A DNA stretch of 64,000 nt from Amoebidium appalachense (taxonomy: Eukaryota; Protista; Ichthyosporea). The stretch lies in contig CAVNZM010000016.1 in assembly GCA_963693365.1 (NCBI GenBank), positions 5,324,543-5,388,542 on the forward strand, in the 5' to 3' direction. The position numbers were made by a program, and so were the translations under genes. Below, in pieces: positions 55,815 through 64,000 of the stretch (the stretch's first letter is position 1; each line of letters opens with the position of its first letter). The notes below the pieces were generated by a model, which saw only the letters and a program-made list of their open reading frames with translations, was not told where the DNA came from and did no database searches.

Positions 55815-57740
55815 AGAAGAGGGGGGGGGGGGGGGAGGGAGGGAGGGAGGAAATGCCCTTCACGAATGCTTTCCTTAGAAACCATATGCAGCAAGCACCG
55901 TTGACAATATACCGGCTTTGATTTTTTTATTCGTTTAGCTTGTGTGTGTGTAGGGATGGGGGGTGGGGATGGGGGGATAGAACAGCAAATTTTCGGAAGC
56001 AGACGAGAGACACAGACGTTGAATTCCCCTCCCCCGGGGAGGGGGAGGGGGGGACGTAAGAAAGTGTTTATGGAACACAAGGAAAACCCCACCACCCCCT
56101 GCTCGAGTGTCGTGGCTTCCAACCTTTAAAGGTTAGCGGGCGCCCTGGGGGAGGGGAGGGGGGGGGGGGGGGGGAGGGGGGAAGCCTAACCGTCACAAAA
56201 ATGACAAACCCGAAATCAAACGATCTAAGTGTGCAGGCAGAAGACACTTGAACAGAGCCAATAATCTTTGGGCAGGGGGGGGGGGGGAGTATGTGTGCGT
56301 GTCACGGTGTATGGAAGCATTTGAACCCTGTGCATTTAATCATTTCACTAAGTCTTGCCTGTGCATTGAACCGTTCAAACTTGTGAATGCATGCAAGCTA
56401 CTGAGTGTGCTAAGCCTCTGCCTGTCTATTATGGACCCTGAAACACACGGTTGTGTGTCTTCCTTGGAGTATGTACGTGTGTGCTAGTGTGTGTGTGTAT
56501 GTGTGTGTGTGTGGTTGAATGCATGCTTTTGTGTGTGTGTGGTTGAATGCATGCTTGCACGCGTGTGCGTTAATAGGAGCCTCGAATGGGTAAGAGGGGA
56601 AAAGAAATAGCCCGGGGGAAAGGGGGAAAGACATGGTGCAATAGAGAGGAAGAAGGAGAAAGAGTGCCACGTGCACGTTCGTGTGTGCACATCATATGTG
56701 CCACATAGAAAATACCCTACCGTTGTAGTGAGCACGTCTGGATGTGTGTGTGTACGCTTGTGTGTTGGCACGTGCAGGTGTCGTGTAATGTGAGGGTGTA
56801 AGTGAAAGAAAGGAGGTGAAAGTCAGCAGGCCAGGGAGGAACGGCAGGGAACCTGCGGACTAGCAGGATTGGGGAATAAGGGCAAATGGATAGGGGAGGT
56901 TGCATAGAGAGGCGGGATGGAAGGGGGGGGGGGGGGGGGGGGGGTTGGCTGTGTGTTTCGTAAACTAGCCAAAGTAGCCTAGAAAAAAATCGCGCGCGTG
57001 CCTGCGTGTGTGACTGGGCGCCTGTGCGTGTGTGTGTATGTGTGTGTGTGCACGTGCGTGTGTGCTAAGAATGTTCATAAGGGGGTCAACAAAGCTAAAA
57101 GGACTTTCAGGTGCACATAAGTGTTTGTGTACACGTGTGTTTGTGTGTGTGTGTGTGTGTGTGTAGGTGGGTATGTGTGTGTGTGTGTTTGTGTGTGTAG
57201 GTGTGTGTGTGTGTGTGTGTGTGCGTGCGCGTGTGTGTGCGTGTGTGCGAGCGCCCGCGTGTGTGTGTCTGTGTGTCTGTGCGTGCGTGCGTGCGTGTGT
57301 TTGTGTTTGTGCGCGTGCGTTTGTGTGCGCGTGCATACGTGTGGGTGAGTGTGTGCGCGCTTGTGTCACGGTGAGCGTGTCCATGTATCTTCGTGTTGTC
57401 AGAGCAGTGAAGGATGGAGAACAAGGCGCTGTGATGCGAAATAGGGCACAGACACCTACCGGAGCTAACAGCGCCGGCACTCTTGCAGGGAAAAAAAACG
57501 TACAAAAAGGCTCTAGCATTCTCTGTGCTTACAAAACAACAGGACGAGGAAAAGCAGGTATGTAAAGGAAATGCGTGAAGATGCAAAATGATACAGCCCT
57601 TTAGTGTCGCGCTGTTGCGAGTGTGAGAAAGTGTTTTTTGGTCCTCATGTACGTAAAGGTGCAAAATGACGCAAAGATGAAGAAAGATCATTGGGTCCAG
57701 CACTAACCTCAACTACACCCAGGCCAAGATCTATGCATCC

Positions 57741-58290
57741 AAACATGTTTAGTAACGACCACGGCCATCTAGAAACATGTTTAGTAACGACCACGGCCAT
57801 CTGGTGTTTCTAGATGGCCGTGGTAACGACCTCTTCCGTTTCAGTCTTGGTACGAAGACCAGCCGTTGCAAAAAATGAATGGCTGAGCGGCAACGCCGTA
57901 GTCTGTTGCATATATGACGTCATTTTTCCTATCGAAATCGCTACATCATTGGGTCTACATGGATTAGACTATCTGCTACCAAATATGGTAACAAAGCCGC
58001 AGCCCCTTTACTCGTTAATTTATCGCACCGTCAAACTGCCGGCGCCCGGCCCGCTGGTCTCGCGTGTGATTACAGTGTACATGACAGTCGAAGGTTTCTC
58101 TGTTTTTGTCTTTTCTACATAGAATCATGTTTTTTTCTTCGAACCCGCTCTCACCCCCGCAGCCATGATATTTCCTCGCCATGGACGGTAGAATCGCTAA
58201 TCCAAGATGAAAACCTCGGGTGTCACACTGTGATCTTGAAAACCTCGGGTGTATAGAGACTCTGGATCTTGAAAACCTCGGGTGTAACTA
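57741..58290. repeat. Short tandem and inverted repeats: 2x aaacatgtttagtaacgaccacggccatct plus an inverted copy, and 3x tgaaaacctcgggtgt
   Basis: Direct copies at 57741 and 57773, inverted agatggccgtggt at ~57812, and three 16-mers at ~58209, 58237 and 58270. Confidence 0.8.
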
Positions 58291-58576
58291 CTCCGGATCC
58301 GGCACTCCGATGTCGCACCGTTGGCTGACTGGACCTGAACGGCATGCGCAGGTCAGAAAGTAATTTTTGTAAGCCCTAGAGCAAAAAAAAACTAGCAGGG
58401 GAAAAAAAGGAGAGCCCACGTTTTGTAATACTAATCAGAAGTGGGCAAAAATGTATAACGTTCTGGATGCTTGGAGGTAAGAGCTTCTGATTTTCGAATT
58501 CGAATTCCTGACTACCGCCCTTCAGTACTATGTAAGTCAACGTCGTATTGAAGTTGTTGTCATGAGTCACGGACAC

Positions 58577-58640
<64 letters not shown>

Positions 58641-58714
58641 AACACGTACGAGTTGATTTCTCTCCTTAGAGACCAGAATATATACGATATGCGTAAACGG
58701 TTCGTTTTTCCTTA

Positions 58715-60678
<1,964 letters not shown>

Positions 60679-61473
60679 TTAGTAGCCCTTAGCCTGGCTA
60701 AATCCGCCGGTATGTACGGCCGGATTCGAATTCGAAGTGGTCACCTTAGTGACGGCGGTGTCTGTGAGAATGCATCACGTGTACGTGTACGTGTGTGTGT
60801 GTGTGTACGTGTTTATGTGTGTGTGTGTTAGTGCGCGCGCGCATGCGTGAGTGCTGCGCGGTGTGTGGTGCCCCCCGCCCCCCCTCCCCCCCCCCGCCCC
60901 TCTTGTCACAACATACTTCAGATACCCCATAGTAAGGAACCTTGGGGAAAACTTGCAGTATGACTTTATTCCTTTTTTGCCAGGCGGTGCCATGCCAAAA
61001 CAACAACTCGACGAATTAATGCTCTTACAACACCACACACAGGTTGCATGTGCGAACAGTGCAATATGGCTACATATTCTTAACGGCTGGAAATTTCACT
61101 GCAATTATTCGATATTTCTAACAAACTAACAAAGTTCACAGCACTGCATTACCACATTCACGTGCACAGAATCATCATGACCTGCTATCGCTAACCCCCC
61201 CCCCCCCCCCCTTTTCTTTCAACCACCTGCACTTGCCAATTCAAGACGTTAAGGTAGCTTTCTCACAAGATTATGTACAATTATACCAGAAGCCAAACAC
61301 TTTCGAAGTATAAACGCCCGTGCACACTACAGGTAAACCTAACTGCATGTGTGTGGGTGCAACCTGGGCGGGTCGAAAATATGAACATAGTGGCTACACG
61401 AACTGATATTTCCCCAACAAATCATCTCCCCCCCTCCCCCTCCCCCCCCACACACACACCACAAACACGCACC

Positions 61474-61504
<31 letters not shown>

Positions 61505-61708
61505 AAAAAAAAAAAAGAAACAAACAAAAGGGAGCTGGTGGTGTAGCAGGTAGTAACGAATGCCTCCGATCGTGTCCAAACCTGTCCAAACCGCTACAAA
61601 AGCAATTATGGCCCAATTATGACCATAAATCACAACACCCAACAGGAAGCCATGATATTAAAACACAACAGCCAATAGGAGGTTATGCATATGCACCTGC
61701 ACACCCAA

Positions 61709-61816
61709 TCACTCTGCAGCCTCTGCCTCGGCCACTTCTTTCTCCATAATCTTGGCCCGGGTGAGCGCCAACTTGGCCCTGTTGCAGGGGGAAAAAAGGG
61801 GGGTGGGGTTAAGGGG

Positions 61817-61881
<65 letters not shown>

Positions 61882-62450
61882 TAGTAGTTAGGATTCTTGT
61901 ATCCGGTGATTGCATTCCCATGATCATCTTCTCCACCCACCCAACCTCAGCCCATGCACACTTTCTAGGCCAGTGTCCCGATACTCCATGACCCACTACT
62001 AGTCATGCTCTTTAAGGTGTACACGAGTGTCCCCCCCCCCCCCCCCCCCCCCCGCCTCTTCCCCTTGCCCCTCCCTCCCCGGGACACCTCTCGGTCCCTC
62101 ACTGTACCATAGTAATCCACGACACATCTCCCACATCCCCCCCCCCCCCCCCCCCCCCCCCCCAAAACACCCACCCACCCACCAACCCAAACAAATCATC
62201 ACCATAAGCAACATCAATAAATCCATAAAAAGAACTAAAATGAATTAAAACTTAACGTACCAGTCCAGCTTGCCCTTGTTCTTGAGCCTGATGGCCAGCT
62301 GCTTCTCCTCTGCTATCTTGGCCTTGACCCTCTCAAGATACTCTGTGTGAACAAAGGGGTTAATTAGTTAGATTATTACAAGAATACAGTGGCTATGGGG
62401 TGGTGGTGGTGGTGGTGGTGGGTGGTGTGGTGGTGGTGGTGGTGATGGGG

Positions 62451-62488
<38 letters not shown>

Positions 62489-62872
62489 GAGGGGGAAGGA
62501 GGGAGGTCGAGGGAGGGCGGGGGAGAAGAGAGAGAGGAGGGAGAGGAGGGGACGGGGAGACTGTAAAGAGGGGATAGGAGGGGGAGAGGGTATGAGGGGC
62601 GGAGAGGGGAAGAGGGGGAGGGGGGGGGAAGGGAGGGGGGGGGGGGGGAGGGAAGGGAGGTGGAGAAGACGGAGAGGGGGAGGAGGGGGAGGCAGGGCCG
62701 AGGGGCACGGAGGGGGGGAAGCAGTGAACATTCTTTTGAAGCCGGGGAGGGGGGGGAAGGAGGGGGGGGGGGGGGGGGGGAGGAGGGTGTGTACCTGGCA
62801 TGTCGAGTTTGCCTGTCTGGATTTGCAGCACAAGCATCTGAATGCCGAGCTCTGCTGCTTGCTTCTTATCCA

Positions 62873-62928
<56 letters not shown>

Positions 62929-63012
62929 CAAGTGTGTGTGTGTAACCGGGGAAAGAGAGAGAGAGAGAAGAGAGAGAAAGAGGAGAGAAGAGAGAAAGAG
63001 AAAGAGAGAGAG

Positions 63013-63058
<46 letters not shown>

Positions 63059-63452
63059 TGTGTGTGGAGGGGGGGGGGGGGGGGGGGGGCAATCAGTAAT
63101 GGATAAGGTTTTGCTTTCTGGGAGGGAGGGATCAAAGACGGGTGGGGGAAGGAAGAAACGGGGAAGGAGGGGAGACAGGGGGGGGGGGATGAAAAGCCAG
63201 AGGAGGGATAGAGAGAGAAACGGGCGGAGGGGGAGTGTAGGGGGAGGAGGAGAAGGTGGTGGTAGTGGTGGTGGTGGTGGTGGTTGGGGGGGGGGGGGGG
63301 GGGGGGGGGGGAGGAACAGGGGGGGGGGGGGGGGGGGGGGGAGTACCAGCTCGTCCGGAATGGGTTGCTTCTTCACCCTCAGTTGTGCTATCTGTTGGGT
63401 CACCTGCTCAATCTCCCACTCAAGCACGTTGTTGCTAACGTGCCCTCCAACC
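61709..63452 (-). CDS. 3' end of a CC2D1/Lgd-like (coiled-coil and C2 domain) protein. Exons 63452-63347, 62873-62795, 62342-62261, 61778-61709; gene starts beyond the right edge
   Basis: Phase-consistent splicing gives VSNNVLEWEIEQ...MDKKQAAELGIQMLVLQIQTGKLDMPEYLERVKAKIAEEKQLAIRLKNKGKLDWAKLALTRAKIMEKEVAEAEAAE*, resembling the CC2D1A/B C-terminal region. The family call is from recall. Confidence 0.75.
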
Positions 63453-63457
63453 CTGTG

Positions 63458-63544
<87 letters not shown>

Positions 63545-64000
63545 CATGCATGGGCTTATATGCGTCCTCGTGCATGTGTGTGTTTGTGCGTGTGTGCACT
63601 TGTGTGTATGCGCACGAATGCATGCGTGTGCACGAGTGATTGCACTCTCCTGCGTCCGTGTGTGGAGATGCGAAAGTTTTGCACGTGAATGATGGCTCTG
63701 CAGCCTTTAGCAGGAGATATATACGGTGGGGCTCGTGGGAGCTCACGGGAGGCAGAGTATGGGTGACATGAATATGAATTAGCAATAAATTCCAGATATG
63801 CCATATACGCGTGGAAGGAAAAAAACCACCAGGAAAAAAGCCACAGGATTTTGCCAGACCAGCGTAAAGAAAAAAAACTTCTAACAGCCAGGGCACCAGA
63901 CCAAAGCAAAACAAAGGCCCGAAATGTGCAAACCACAGTCAGGGCGACCTCTTTGTGCTCTCACAAGATGCGACGTGCCCCCCCCCCCCCCCCCCCCCCC

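Noticed and set aside
58205-58295. CRISPR-like array (3x tgaaaacctcgggtgt)
   Set aside because: The spacers are only ~12-17 nt and resemble one another, there are no cas genes, and the context is eukaryotic.

Overview
This is eukaryotic genomic DNA. The gene set suggests a unicellular opisthokont, but that is inference. Its GT-AG introns are packed with poly-G/poly-C tracts and (CA/TG)n and (AG)n microsatellites, so most of the ORF track is noise. Genes reconstructed by hand from splice sites, in order: a cytochrome P450 (minus strand, 7 exons visible, running off the left edge); an intronless EEP-family hydrolase; a 24-exon V-ATPase V0 subunit a; a truncated non-LTR retrotransposon; two intronless amino-acid transporters (APC and AAAP/SLC38 types); GTP cyclohydrolase I; a 547-aa uncharacterised Rossmann-like protein; and the 3' end of a CC2D1/Lgd-like gene. 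The most notable finding is that the GTP cyclohydrolase I exons appear to splice in frame to an upstream two-exon SR-type RRM, giving a putative RRM-GCH1 fusion. Also found: a dispersed intronic repeat with a fixed orientation relative to transcription, decayed copies of exon-intron junctions inside three different genes, nested PIF/Harbinger-type non-autonomous elements, and a possible HECT-ligase relic.
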